A stretch of DNA of 64,000 bases, from NCBI GenBank assembly GCA_048128005.1, contig JBEUKZ010000070.1, positions 248,001 through 312,000 on the forward strand. Reading direction: 5' to 3'. The DNA is from Veleropilina oligotropha. Taxonomy: Eukaryota. Positions 1 to 12,079 of this stretch are shown here, piece after piece. Within the stretch, counting starts at the first letter, position 1; every line of letters begins with the position of its first letter. Both the position numbers and the translations under genes were made by a program. Below the pieces are notes generated by a model. That model ran no database searches. It saw nothing but the letters and a program-made list of their open reading frames with translations, and was not told the DNA's origin.

Positions 1-1839
1 TTCCACGACCTCGGCAAAGCCAGTTCCGATTTCTTGGGGAAGAGGACCGTTAATTGCGACCCGAGTCATGCGGTGGAGTGGGTGCCCGAATCGCTCGAAG
101 TATGGCTTGGCCTCGCCCTTCCCCTGAAAGCTTGCAGGGTAGCAGGATTTCATATCGATGCAGCAGACATCTCTCGTGTCATAGCCCATGGAATTCCAAA
201 GGCCACCGTGACCATGCTCTACGCATGCCTTCTGGATATCATCGTGCAGGCTGGCCGGGGTAGGCTTCCAGCCGTTATTCTCCTTGGCCATAATGCTCGC
301 TGCATGGTTCACGCCAAAGGCTCGATCGGCAAGAGACTCATTTCCCAGAGCCTTACAGGCTTCTTGGAGTCTCTCGTGATCATCTTTTGTCCTGTACGTG
401 CGGCCGTCTCGCAGCACGAACTGGTCCACGCCAAGCTGTCGGTCTCCACCGCCAAGGAGCCAGACAGCCAATGGCTCATTATGTGTGGCTTGTCGAATAG
501 CTTCCCAGACATCGCCCTCGTAGATGTGGACCTCTCTACTTTGCGGGAAGTGCAGCTCCTTGGACCATGCGTGGCCGTTGTGACAGATGAGTTCTACGTT
601 TCTGAATGTATGGGTTCCTTGACCGCGGTACTTCCCACTGTTGTAGATGTCCTCGCCGGCGATGTCTCGCACGATGATCGCCCGTTTCAGTATCTTCTCG
701 AGGATGGATATATCATCCACAGTGGCGCCTGTTACATGAACTCGCTCTTCCCACTCCTGTATTTGCCGCAGTCTTGTCGGGGTGAGTCCGTTTCCTCGCA
801 GGGCACCTTCAAAGTGCTCAATCACTCTTTGGGCAACGCAGTTGAGGTCGCCGTTCTTCATTGGAACCAGGTTGGCTGGGTTTGGTTCTCTGAGAGGGTA
901 GAGGCCGTAGACGACTGCAGTGACCGGGTAGGCGTTGTCGTAGTAGACTTTGTCGACCCCAGTGATAGCACCCGGCTTAGTGTCCTGAGAGATCTCAAAG
1001 ACACCCTGGCCCTTCTTTCTCGCAGCCTTCACCGGGTCAAACTTGTCTTCGACCACCCAGTCGCCTTCACTCCACTCACGCAATAACTTTATTCTAAGGA
1101 CATACTCGCCCTTTGGAAGGGCTGTGAGGAGCTGTGCCGCCCTCGCATCTGTCATACGGGCATCCAGGGCCAGCCGGTCAGCTCTCGCTTCGATGCCGTG
1201 TTCGATCTTAATGTCCACTTCTACCCTCCATGTGGAGAAGGCCGCCGCGGCGCCATCGACCTCAAACTCCTCTTTGGCGTCGCTCAAGAGTTCCACCCAT
1301 GGCTCTTTTGCTGGGAGCCTTACGGGGGGAGGGACCTGGTCATCCAGGTCGATGAATGGTTGCCCCTCGGTTGTGGTAAACAGCCCTAGAAGATCCTTCT
1401 GGTAGTCCTGGGCTGTCCAGGGCTTTTTGGAGATGAGAAGATCGGGCCCCTTCCGAGCAATAGCCCGCGCAAGGGTCTCTTTCCGAGACCTAGTCAGACC
1501 GTGCAAGTATGGCTTGACGATTCGATCCGTGATGGCGCGAAGCGGCTTCTGTCGAATCCCGGGCGTTTTCTCAGCTTGGATTTCGTATTTACGAGCCTTC
1601 AGGGCGGCGTCGACCTCGTCCTTAAGCTGCCGCAATTCGCGAGCACGACGGCCTCTTTTGTGGGGGTTCTCCACATCTCCACGTATGGAGGGGAACCTTC
1701 CCATTTTCATCGCCCGCTCGAGTCTCCTCCGAAACTCCGCAGCACGGACCCTGGCGATTGCCCAGATGAGGTCGTGCTTCTTGAGCTTCGACCGAGCGGG
1801 AATCCCATAATCTTTCGCTAGATTGCGCAGGTCATCCAT
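1..1839 (-). CDS. N-terminal ~613 codons of a protein-primed family B DNA polymerase polyprotein (Rho-N/HEH-like start, OTU-like protease, PolB motif A), apparently uninterrupted
   Basis: Manual translation from ATG 1839: MDDLRNLAKDYGIPARSKLKKHDLIWAI...NGDLNCVAQ...ELICHNGHAW...HGHGGLW...CIDMKSCYPAS...EIGTGFAEVVE. Absent from the ORF track because the frame stays open to the window edge. Confidence 0.8.
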   Translation of the reverse strand, partial: MDDLRNLAKDYGIPARSKLKKHDLIWAIARVRAAEFRRRLERAMKMGRFPSIRGDVENPHKRGRRARELRQLKDEVDAALKARKYEIQAEKTPGIRQKPLRAITDRIVKPYLHGLTRSRKETLARAIARKGPDLLISKKPWTAQDYQKDLLGLFTTTEGQPFIDLDDQVPPPVRLPAKEPWVELLSDAKEEFEVDGAAAAFSTWRVEVDIKIEHGIEARADRLALDARMTDARAAQLLTALPKGEYVLRIKLLREWSEGDWVVEDKFDPVKAARKKGQGVFEISQDTKPGAITGVDKVYYDNAYPVTAVVYGLYPLREPNPANLVPMKNGDLNCVAQRVIEHFEGALRGNGLTPTRLRQIQEWEERVHVTGATVDDISILEKILKRAIIVRDIAGEDIYNSGKYRGQGTHTFRNVELICHNGHAWSKELHFPQSREVHIYEGDVWEAIRQATHNEPLAVWLLGGGDRQLGVDQFVLRDGRTYRTKDDHERLQEACKALGNESLADRAFGVNHAASIMAKENNGWKPTPASLHDDIQKACVEHGHGGLWNSMGYDTRDVCCIDMKSCYPASFQGKGEAKPYFERFGHPLHRMTRVAINGPLPQEIGTGFAEVVE

Positions 1840-1887
1840 GTTGCATGGGGGGTATACGTCATACCGATCATTTCTCTAATATGCAAT

Positions 1888-2172
1888 TTACGCGTGGTAG
1901 ATTGCAGCCATGCGGAGAAACTCTTGCAGAAACTCTCTCTGGAAGGCCCTTTTCTTTCGCTGCCATTCCCTATCGTTCTCAAGCTTATACCCACAGCCCT
2001 GACACAGCGTAAGCCAGTTTCTGACGCCTTGTCCGCATTTGCTGCAGGGCTTGGTACCAGGGCCCTTTCGGAGCTGAGCCAGATGGACTTTGCAAAACTT
2101 TCTCAGACATCTCTTACCGCATAACTCCGTGGAGCTGATGGTGAGCCATTGACAGGTGTCCGTTCCCCACAT
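1888..2172 (-). CDS. Small Cys/His-rich putative zinc-finger protein of the element
   Basis: C-x10-C-x3-C-x4-C-x2-H plus two CxxC pairs; clear homologue at 38120-38392 in copy B. Confidence 0.7.
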   Translation of the reverse strand: MWGTDTCQWLTISSTELCGKRCLRKFCKVHLAQLRKGPGTKPCSKCGQGVRNWLTLCQGCGYKLENDREWQRKKRAFQREFLQEFLRMAAIYHA

Positions 2173-2321
2173 CGTATCCTTTGCAGTGGGTATATCCTGT
2201 GATATGGGTATGTCTAAAAGCGAGCCCGGGCCGGCGAGGGTAACGGGCCGTCCCTACGGGCTCTTACTACATACTACTATATCGGCATGTTAGACGCTGT
2301 GTAGTTATACTTGAAATCAAC

Positions 2322-2510
2322 ATGCCGCAGAAAGACGTTCCCAGGTTGCGCGGCGCGAAAAGTTCCCGACGCATCAGGACCCTCTTGAAATCGGGCTACG
2401 ACGTTATGATTGTTGACCTCTACGATGGTGAACAGGCGGTCTTTAAGAAGAAGACCAAAGGCGGTAAGAAGGGAGTTTTACACAATCGCCGTCCCTCAGT
2501 CCCGAAATAG
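2322..2510 (+). CDS. Small basic hypothetical protein next to the copy A terminus
   Basis: 62-aa ATG-initiated K/R-rich ORF; no counterpart in copy B. Confidence 0.3.
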   Translation: MPQKDVPRLRGAKSSRRIRTLLKSGYDVMIVDLYDGEQAVFKKKTKGGKKGVLHNRRPSVPK

Positions 2511-3074
2511 GGCTGGGAGCCTCCACGGCCGCCCCGGGCCCCTAGTCCCCCCCCAGTAATACCAGCTCAGTGCTGAACAGGTGCTGGGAGCCTTATTTTT
2601 CCATTCTAAAAAGTCTACTGACCCCCCCTGCTCTGTACACACGGTAACTTTAGTAATACAATCCCTACCCTCAGTCCCGAAATAGGGCTGGGAGCCTCCA
2701 CGGCCGCCCCGGGCCCCTAGTCTAAACCCCCTAGTCCCCCCCAGTAATACCAGCTCAGTTCTGAAATAGTGCTGGGAGCCTTATTTTTCCATTCTAAAAA
2801 GTCTACTGACCCCCCCTGCTGCTGTAGCCATAATGCAATTTGAATACTGAACAATTTTAGTTGGACTGCCTAAAAATGTGCATTGCATTAAAATTCGATA
2901 AATTTAAAGGTGTTGTATTGTTCTATTTTGAAATTAGCTCAATATTAAGGCTGCCAAAATATAGGGTTTTACAGTATTATCATGGGAGAAAAGCCCGGTC
3001 ATATATACATTATTAAATGTAAAAATAAATGATTATTAATATTATATTATTTGTATCATAATCAATGAAAATAA

Positions 3075-4962
3075 TTATAACCCCCGTAACGAAGTTAGGG
3101 GGGGTATATTGGAATCACCCTGTCTGTCTGTCCGTCCACACTGTTCCTCCCAACCTGCTGAGGAGAATTCATCGACACTTGGCATACATGATCACTACAT
3201 CATGTAGTTGTTACCTGAGACAATTTTCCTGGTTGAACCTTTGACCTTGTCGTAGCGACCTCTGGAGTTATAAACATTGTCTGTTATTAACTTGTCCGGA
3301 CTACTCCTCCCAACCTGCTGGGAATATTTCATCGACACTTGGTATACATGATCACTACATCATGCAGTTGTGCAACGGCGACAAATTTTCTATGACCATT
3401 GACCTTGACATAGTGACCTCTGGACTTCTAAACATTGTCTGTTATTAACTTGTCCCGACTACTCCTCCCAACCTGCTGGGAATATTTCATCGACACTTGG
3501 CATACATGATCACAACATCATGTAGTTGTGCAACGGTGACAAATTTTCCCGGTATGACCATTGACCTTGACATAGTGACCTCTGGACTTTTAAACATTGT
3601 CTGTTATTAACTTGTCCTGACTACTCTCAACCTGCTGGGAATATTTCATCGACACTTGGCATATATGATCAATACATCATGTATGTGCAACGATGACAAA
3701 TATTCTGGGTGTGACCTTTGACCTTGACATAGTGACCTCTGGACTTCTAAACATTGTCTGTTATTAACTTGTCCGGACTACTCCTCCCAACATGCGGGGA
3801 ATATTACATCGACACTTGGTATAGATGATCACTACATCATGTAGCTGTGCAACGGTCAAAAATATTCCAGGTATGACCTTTGACCTTGACATAGTGACCT
3901 CTGGACTTCTCAACATTGTCTGTTATTAACTTGTCCGGACTACTCCTCCCAACCTGCTGTGAATATTTCATCGACATTTGGCATACATGATCACTACATC
4001 ATGTAGTTGTGCAACGGCAATAAACTTTTCAGGTATGACCTTTGACCTTGACATAGTTACCTCTGGACTTCTAAACATTGTCTGTTATTAACTTGTCCGG
4101 ACTACTCCTCCCAACCTGCTGTGAATATTTCATCGACACTTGGCATCCATGATCACTACATCATGTAGTTGTGCAACGGCGACAAATTTTTCCGGTATGA
4201 CCATTGACCTTGACATAATGACCTCTGGGCTTCTAAACGTTGCCTGTTATTAACTTGTCCGGACTACTCTCAACCTGCTGGGAATATGTCATCAACACTT
4301 GGCATACATGATCAATACATCATGTATGTGCAACGGTGACAAATTTTCTGGGTATGACCTTTGACCTTGACATACTGACCTCAGCACTTCTAAACATTTC
4401 CTGTTATTAACTTGTCCGGACTACTCCTCCCAACCTGCTGTGAATATTTCATCGACACTTGGCATACATGATCAATACATCATGTAATTGTGCAACGGTG
4501 AAAAATTTCCCGATATGACCTTGACATAGTGACCTCTGAACTTCAAAACATTGTCTTTTATTAATTTGTCCGTACTACTCCTCCCGACCTGCTGGGAATA
4601 TTTCATCGACACTGGCCCGTGGGCATACTTGATCGGTACATCATGTATTTGTGCACCTGAAGCGATTTTTTCCCAGAATGACCTTTGACCTTTCAGTTAT
4701 GAGCTTTAATCTTTGCATTATGACTTTCAGCCAAAATCTACAAATTCTACAAAAGACTACTTTTAACAGACTGTTCATGGTTTCTCATTTTGCAGCAGGT
4801 CTATTTCAACTATCTCAATGGAATTATCCTGTTTGTCCATCTGTCTGTCCGTATATTTTTTGTATTCAACTATTCAATGGATTTCCATACTGATAGTTTG
4901 TATAATACATATGAGGCGGGGAGAGGGGGGTATTAGTTATCCTATGGATATCAGTTCTAGTT
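3075..4962. mobile_element. Non-autonomous Helentron-like (HINE) element with internal ~160-bp tandem array
   Basis: Subterminal hairpin (cccccgtaacgaagttagggggg), (GTCT/GTCC)n microsatellite, ~160-bp repeats containing TGACCTTTGACCTT, T-rich end. Confidence 0.7.
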
Positions 4963-6585
4963 ATATAAATACCCCCCATAATGAAGTTAGGGGGGGGTAT
5001 ATTGGAATCACCCTGTCTGTCCATCCGCACTATTCCTCCCAACCTGCTGAGCAGAATTCATCAATACTTGGCATACATGATCACTACATCATGTAGTTGG
5101 TACCTGAGCAAAATTTCCCAGGTTGAACCTTTGACCTTGTCGTGACGACCTCTGGACTTATAAACATTGTCTGTTATTTATTAAGTTGTCCGGACTACTC
5201 TTCCAAACCTGCTGGGAATGTTTCATCGACGCTTGGCATATATGATCACTACATCATGTAGTTATGCAACGGCGGTAAATTTTCCCGGTATGACCTTTGA
5301 CCTTGACATAGTGACCTCTGGACTTCTAAACATTGTCTGTTATTAACTTGTCCGGACTACTCCTCCCAACCTGCTGGGAATATTTCATCGATACTTAATT
5401 GGCATACTTGATCACTACACCATGTAGTTGTGCGAAGTTCACAAATTTCCCGGTATGACCTTTGACCTTGACATGTGACCTCTGGACTTCTAAACATTGT
5501 CTGATAATAGTGTCATTAACTTGTCCGGACTACTCCTCCCAACCTGCTGGGAATATTTCATCGATACTTGGCATACTGTATCACTACATCATGTAGTTGT
5601 GCAACGTTAACAAATTTCCCCGGTATGACCTTTGACCTTGTCGTAGCGACCTCTGGACTTCTAAACATTGTCTGTTATTAACTTGTCCGGACTACTCCTC
5701 CCAACCTGCTGGTAAGATTTCATCGACGCTTGGCATACATGATCACTACATCATGTAGTTGTGCAACATTCACAAATTTCCCCGGTATGACCCTTGACCT
5801 AGTGACCTCAGGACTTCTAAACGTCTGTTATTAACTTGTTCCTTACCACTCCTCCCAAGCTGCGGGGAATATTTCATCGACACTTGGCATACATGGTCAC
5901 TACATCATGTAGTTGTGCAACGGTGATAAATTTTCCCGGTATGACCTTTGACCTTGACATAGTGACCTCTGGACTTCTAAACATTGTCTGTTATTAACAT
6001 GTCCGGACTACTCCTCTCAACCTGCTGGGAATATTTCATCGACACTAGGCATACATGATCACTACATCATGTAGTTGTGCAACGGCGATAAATTTTCCTG
6101 ATATGACCTTTGACCTTGACATAGTGACCTCTGGACTTCTAAACAATGTCTGTTATTAACTTGTCCGGACTACTCTTCCCAACCTGCTGGGAATATTTCA
6201 TCGACACTTGGCATACATGATCACTACATCATGTAGTTGGCCAATGGCGACAAATTTCCCCGGTATGACCTTTGACCTTGACATAGTGACCTCTGGACTT
6301 CTAAACGTCTGACTTGTCCGGACTACTCCTCCCAACCTGCTAGAATATTGCATCGTCACTTGGCATACATGATCACTACATCATGTAGTTGTGCAACGGT
6401 GACAAATTTTCCCGTTATGATTTTTGACCTCTAAACTTCCATCCATCCGTTTGTCTGTCTGTCTATTTCTATTGCAGTGGTTTTGTATTCAACTATTCAC
6501 TGACTTTCTATACTGATAGTTTGTATAATTCATATGAGGCGGAGAGAGGGGGATATTAGTTACCCTATGGATATCAGTTCTAGTT
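4963..6585. mobile_element. Second head-to-tail copy of the same HINE-like element
   Basis: Same head, ~160-bp repeats and tail (cctatggatatcagttctagtt) as 3075-4962. Confidence 0.7.
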
Positions 6586-6668
6586 TTTATTGGTATATTT
6601 TAGATGAATTGTCCATAGTGGTACTGCCTCAATAAAAGCGATTGTACAGTGGTCACAATTTTCACAAA

Positions 6669-6812
6669 ATGTCTGCTCCAAATCAGGAGGATAGGAAGAA
6701 ATGTTGGAGTGCTCGCGACAAATACTGGAAATGTTTAGAAGATACGAAGGAAGACAAAGAAAAGTGTAAAGCTGCCAGAGGACCCTATGAGAAGAACTGC
6801 AGCAAACAGTGG
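6669..6812 (+). CDS. COA6: Cytochrome c oxidase assembly factor 6, first coding exon
   Basis: MSAPNQEDRKKCWSARDKYWKCLED...KCKAARGPYEKNCSKQW (COX6B/COA6 Cys pattern); GTAAG donor at 6813. Confidence 0.9.
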
Positions 6813-7138
6813 GTAAGCAGACTTCATTTGCAGCAAACAGTGCTGTGGGTAAGCTGATGTGATGTCATCTACAGCAAACAGTGGATTAAGCAGACATCAT
6901 CTGCGTTGTGAATGATCATCATCAATAGTATGACACAGCTGTAGCACATGGTAAATTTCTAATGTAATGTGCACATGACCACACAAATGCCAAATAGGAC
7001 TGGAAACTATGAAAACCACTAAGAAACAAGTCACTTCACTCTGCCAACTCTGTGTGATAATGTCCTTTACACAACAGCTCTTTTATTTTGAAGAGGTTGA
7101 TATTCAGCGTGAATACCTTGTTTTCAATGACGATTCTC

Positions 7139-7270
7139 GTGCAGAGGTTGGTATAGAGCATGCAGAGGTTGGTTGGTATATGGAGCATGCTGAGGTCGGT
7201 ATGGAGCATGCAGAGGTTGGTTGGTATATGGAGCATGCTGAGGTCGGTATATAGCATGCAGAGGTTGGTA
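7139..7270. repeat. Short tandem repeat (gagcatgcagaggttggtat-type units)
   Basis: Directly visible repeats; they explain the repetitive ORFs here. Confidence 0.8.
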
Positions 7271-7654
7271 TGCTCTATACCCATCTCCGTTCGTGCAACT
7301 GGCTGTTACCTGACAGCAATGTGAAATTGACAATAGTTCAGTCGTTAACTCCGTAAATTGGCCAGAAGTGCCCTGGCTAATTGATTCAATTAGCACTCTG
7401 GTTGAATCTGAAAACATAGTACACAGAAATATATTCTAGCAAAAAATAAAATGTACAACATTAAATACGATTAACAGAAAGATTTATTTTTCTCTGACTA
7501 ACATATTAATAATATGTACACCGCCTGGAATGTCATTAATCGTTAATGCGCTCGAAAATGCCTATCCTTCAATTGGATTTTGTGCAACATTCTAAACACT
7601 GCACCATCGAGGCGCATCAGATGAAACCACATAACTATGCAGGTGGCCGGTTAT

Positions 7655-8576
7655 TTTTTATCCCATCGGTTTTGAAAAAACGATGGGATTATGTCGTCAC
7701 GTAGTCCGTCCGTCCGTCTGTATAGACGACGTGATCACGATATCAGGAAAACCGTACCAGCTAAGGAATTCAAATTTGGTATGCATGTTTATTTGGACAT
7801 AAACTAGGTTGCTATTGAATTTAAGATTCTTCCGCCAAATATTTCCACAGTTATCCCCCTTTTTCGACAGAATTTTCGTTTTGGCAACGTGATCACTATA
7901 TCAGGAAAACCGTACCAGCTAGGGAATTCAAATTTGGTATGCAGGTTTATTGGGACATAAAACTAGGTTGCTATTGAATTTCAGATTCTTCCACCAAATA
8001 TTTCCACAGTTATCCCCCTTTTTCGACAGAATGTTCGTTTTGGCGACGTGATCACGATATCAGGAAAACCATACCAGCTCGGGAATTCAAATTTGGTATG
8101 CAGGTTTATTGCGACATAAACTAGGTTGCTATTGAATTTCAGATTATTCCACCAAAAATTTGCAGTTATCCCCCTTTTTCGACAAACTTTCCTTTTCGGA
8201 CAACGTGAACATATAAGGAAAACTGTAACAGCTAGGGAATTCAAATTTGGTATGCTGGTTTATTGGGACATAAACTAGGTTGCTATTGAATTTCAGATTG
8301 TTCCGCCAAATATTTGCACAGTTATCCCCCTTTTTCGGTATAAACTTTCCGTTTTTCGACATTGATATTTAGTTTCCGTCAATTATCTTCATAACCTCGC
8401 ATCAGATATTGTTCGCATCTTGTGACTGTGTTGCAAATAAAACACAGGGGGTCATGTTACATTTTGCTAAAATTTCGCCAAGCATGTGCACAGTTATTCC
8501 CCTTTATCAACTTAAAGATGTACACTCCATCAATTATGACAAACCCGATGGAATGTGTGGCTCTCACACTTCTTGT
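7655..8576. mobile_element. HINE-like element with ~160-bp internal tandem repeats (second family)
   Basis: Hairpin tcccatcggtttt...aaacgatggga, (GTCC)n, four ~160-bp repeats, CTTGT end. Confidence 0.65.
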
Positions 8577-9249
8577 CAAGATTTATAATGCTAACTTATA
8601 TTCGTATATAAATACACCATTTGTTGTTTTAGATATCTATTGTGATCGACATGGAAGCAATACATCCAAACTTTTTCAATATCTAAAACAACGAATGGTG
8701 TTTCGTACTATAATTATTATAGTATTATGTATACTAATCAGTGCATATCCAATACAAAGAATTGGGAAATACTACACAGTCTCGTACAATGTATTTACAC
8801 ATGTACATAAAGTTATTTTGTTTGAAAAAGATTTCAATCTACTGCATTAACAGATAATATCATGCTGAAACATGCCAAATGTTATCATGGCAAGAAGATT
8901 TGGTATATATCTGAAGATCGTTAACCGGGCGTCAACATTACGGTCTCGGAAATGATCATCTAGTCTGATAAATCTGACTAATGATCATCGTGCAACTAGA
9001 TTTTGTGCAACACTCTTAACGTACATTGCACCATCGAGGCGACTCGGATAAAACAACTAAACTTTGCTGGTGGCCGAGTGCATACTATGCATATCCAATA
9101 GAAAGGGTTCGAAAAGAATAGTTTATAGCATACCTTCCTTATTCAAACTGCCAGACACGATGGCATTATGTGTTATGGAGTCTTTAACGTTTACCTCCAG
9201 TTGTTGATGTTGCGATTCTTCTACCGTATTCAGTACTTGCCATTATTAA

Positions 9250-11350
9250 AATCTCGTCAGAGTCGTACCGACCTTTGACCCTGAAATTTTGTCCGGGCCG
9301 TTTCTCGGAGACCAAACATGCTAGCCTTCTAATTTTTGTAGGTGTGTTGCCTATAATACAAAGCTGTGCATGGCTGTACAATTTTGCTCATTTGGCCTTT
9401 GACCTCTGCGTAGTGACCTTCACAAATTTTCTATATTTAGAATTTTTTTATTTTTCGTCATTTGTTAATTCTTTCTTTAGGGTTAGTACATCATATAACA
9501 AATACGAAAAATGGCCTTTGGTCAAAGGTCAAGGTCACAGGTCAAAATATACGCACAATTTTCAGACTGTGAGACTAGAGCCTGCCCATTATGATAGCTA
9601 TATGCTGACATATGGACTACCCTTATCATACTCTAGATCATGGTGGGTAATATTTCACAGGAATGATTTTTGACCTTGCCACAATAACCTTTGACCCTGA
9701 AATTTTGTCCGGGCCGTTTCTCGGAGACCAAACATGCTAGCCTTCTAATTTTTTTTAGGTGTGTTGCCTATAATACAAAGCTGTGCATGGCTGTAAAATT
9801 TTGCTCATTTGACCTTTGACCTCTGCGTAGTGACCTTCACAAATTTTCTATATTTAGAATTTTTTTATTTTTCGTCATTTGTTAATTCTTTGGTGCCAAA
9901 CTATTTCTTTAAGGTTAGTACATCATATAACAAATACGAAAAATGGCCTTTGGTCAAAGGTCAAGGTCACAGAGGTCAAAATATACGCACAATTTTCAGA
10001 CTTTGTGAGACTATAGCCTGCCCATTATAATAGCTATATGGAGACATATTATGACATATGGACTACCCTTATCATACCCTTGATCATGGTGGGTAATATT
10101 TCACAGGAATTATTTTTGACCTTGCCACAATAACCTTTGACCCTGAAATTTTGTCCGGGCTGCTTCTCGGAGACTCAGCATGGTAGCCTTTTATTTTTTT
10201 TTAGATATCTTGCTTATAACCCAAAGCTGTGCATGGCACTAAAATGTTTGTCATTTGGCCTTTGACCTTCACAAATTTCCATATTTACATATTTTCATAA
10301 TTCGTAAACATTTTTTTTTCATTTTTCCCAACCTCTTTCTGTAGGGTTAGTACATCATGTAACAGACAGAAAATGACCTTTGATGAAATGTCAAGGTCAC
10401 AGAGGCCAACCTTTTTCATGATGGACAGTTAGCACAGTCAGTGTTTAGCCAAGGGCTACTGGCAACGTGAAGATCACAGTTTTTATATGGCAGTCTGATT
10501 GCTATATAAGGCTGGGGTTCCTGATAGCTGGGCGGCTGTCTATTTTTATGTTTTATTATTTTCTTATTTTTTTTCCCACCAAATTTATTCCTGAGGGCGA
10601 GTACATTATATAACAATGTTCAATTTTGTTGATCGGTCAAAGGTCAAGATCACAGGGGTCAAAATGTACTTTCTCTAACACACACCTTGTCCGGGCTACA
10701 TCTCGGGTCGTATATATGCCAGCATGATTTCCTTTGGTAACATTGTTTGGTATGCAGAAACAACCTTCGACCTTGACGTAATGACATTTGACCCCTGAAA
10801 TCGTGTCCGGTCTGGTTTTCGGTGATGTCAAATCTTATCCTTCTAATTTCTATGAAGATGCATGGCCCACACTTCAAGCATGTGCAGGGTGCTAAAATTA
10901 TTTACTTTTGACCTTAGCACTGTGACCTTCATAAAGGAATTCCATATTTGGGCATTTTATTGTTTTCTTAATTATTTTTCGCCAACTTTTCCCCTGTGGG
11001 CGAGTACATTATATAACAATGTTCAGTTTGTTGTTCGGTCAAAGGTCAAGGTCACAGAGGTCAAAATGTACTTTCCTGATTCCATATTTGGGCATTTTTA
11101 TATTTCATTGTTTCCTTAATTATTTTTTGCCAAATTTCTTCATGAGGGTGAATACATTATATAACAATGTTCAATTTCCTTGTTCGGTCAAAGGTCAAGG
11201 TCACAGAGGTAAAAATGTACTTTCCTGATACACACCTTGTCCGGGCTAGCTAGATGTCGGGTCCTATACATGCCAGCATGATTTCCTGTGATATGCTATC
11301 TGCCCTTATCCTGCCATTGTGCAAGGAGGCGTAATTTTCCGAAAATGACC
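9250..11350. repeat. Cluster of TGACCTT-rich HINE/MITE-like repeats with a ~420-bp internal duplication
   Basis: 9270-9690 is repeated at 9690-10135; 10440-10550 is the reverse complement of the head of the element at 24035-25022. Confidence 0.6.
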
Positions 11351-11989
11351 TTTGACCTACAAAATTCTTGTCATCTTCATATATTCCCATGCCTTGAACG
11401 TGAAGGGTGTAAATATTCAGGACATTTGCATAAATCCATCCATTTCGTCAAATATATTTACACTCTCCCAGTTCGTGACTTTCCAAACTTCATGGGGTCT
11501 CAATATGGAGTGATTTCTGTTACATGGGGAGACATGTTTTTGTTCACACAAAAACAACTCCTCTAGTTTATTATGGATTACTAACAAATTCTGTAGGTTC
11601 AAAAGTAACAGCAATAATGATAATTTCTTTGCCGAGAGAAATGAATAACATGAAGGTCAAGAGTTTGCAGTTGTATCGGCACAAGCCTGACCCCGTCGCC
11701 TCATACAAGGCTGGCGGAATGACATTCCATTCCTGCATTAATGTCAGTGTCAAAACTGCCCAAGTGTTAGGCTGATTCGGCAAGTCACGTAAGCGACATG
11801 GCATTTCATCCCATACATGCTCGATCTGTGAAATACAACAGTTCATGGCAGCGCATCGATATTGTGCTTTGTTGAAATTCCTGTTGATATTCACAAGATG
11901 TGTTCTACCATTTGCAAGTTTTGTAAAGATATTTTTATAGCCGGAGATAATAATAAATAATAATATTTGTGAACTTTTATGTCTTTCAG

Positions 11990-12079
11990 GTGAAGTATTT
12001 TGACCGGAGATGGGATTACTTGAAATTTAAAAACAGCTTAGAGAAAGGGGATTTGGATCGCCCTACTGAGAAGTCCTAG
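11990..12079 (+). CDS. COA6: COA6 last coding exon
   Basis: Acceptor ttttatgtctttcAG then VKYFDRRWDYLKFKNSLEKGDLDRPTEKS*; phase-0 join gives the conserved W-VKYFD-RR. Confidence 0.9.
   Translation: MKYFDRRWDYLKFKNSLEKGDLDRPTEKS

Larger units (their letters stand above)
1..2823. mobile_element. Right end of a Polinton/Maverick-like endogenous virus (copy A), running off the left window edge
   Basis: Collinear and homologous with 36400-38723 of copy B (replicase, then Zn-finger ORF, then terminus). Ends CCCCCCTGCTGCT at 2823 like copy B. GC-rich against AT-rich flank. Confidence 0.9.

Noticed and set aside
34..1821. Plus-strand ORFs such as 34-1086 (350 aa)
   Set aside because: Antisense shadows of the minus-strand replicase; the same applies to plus ORFs in 34500-38350
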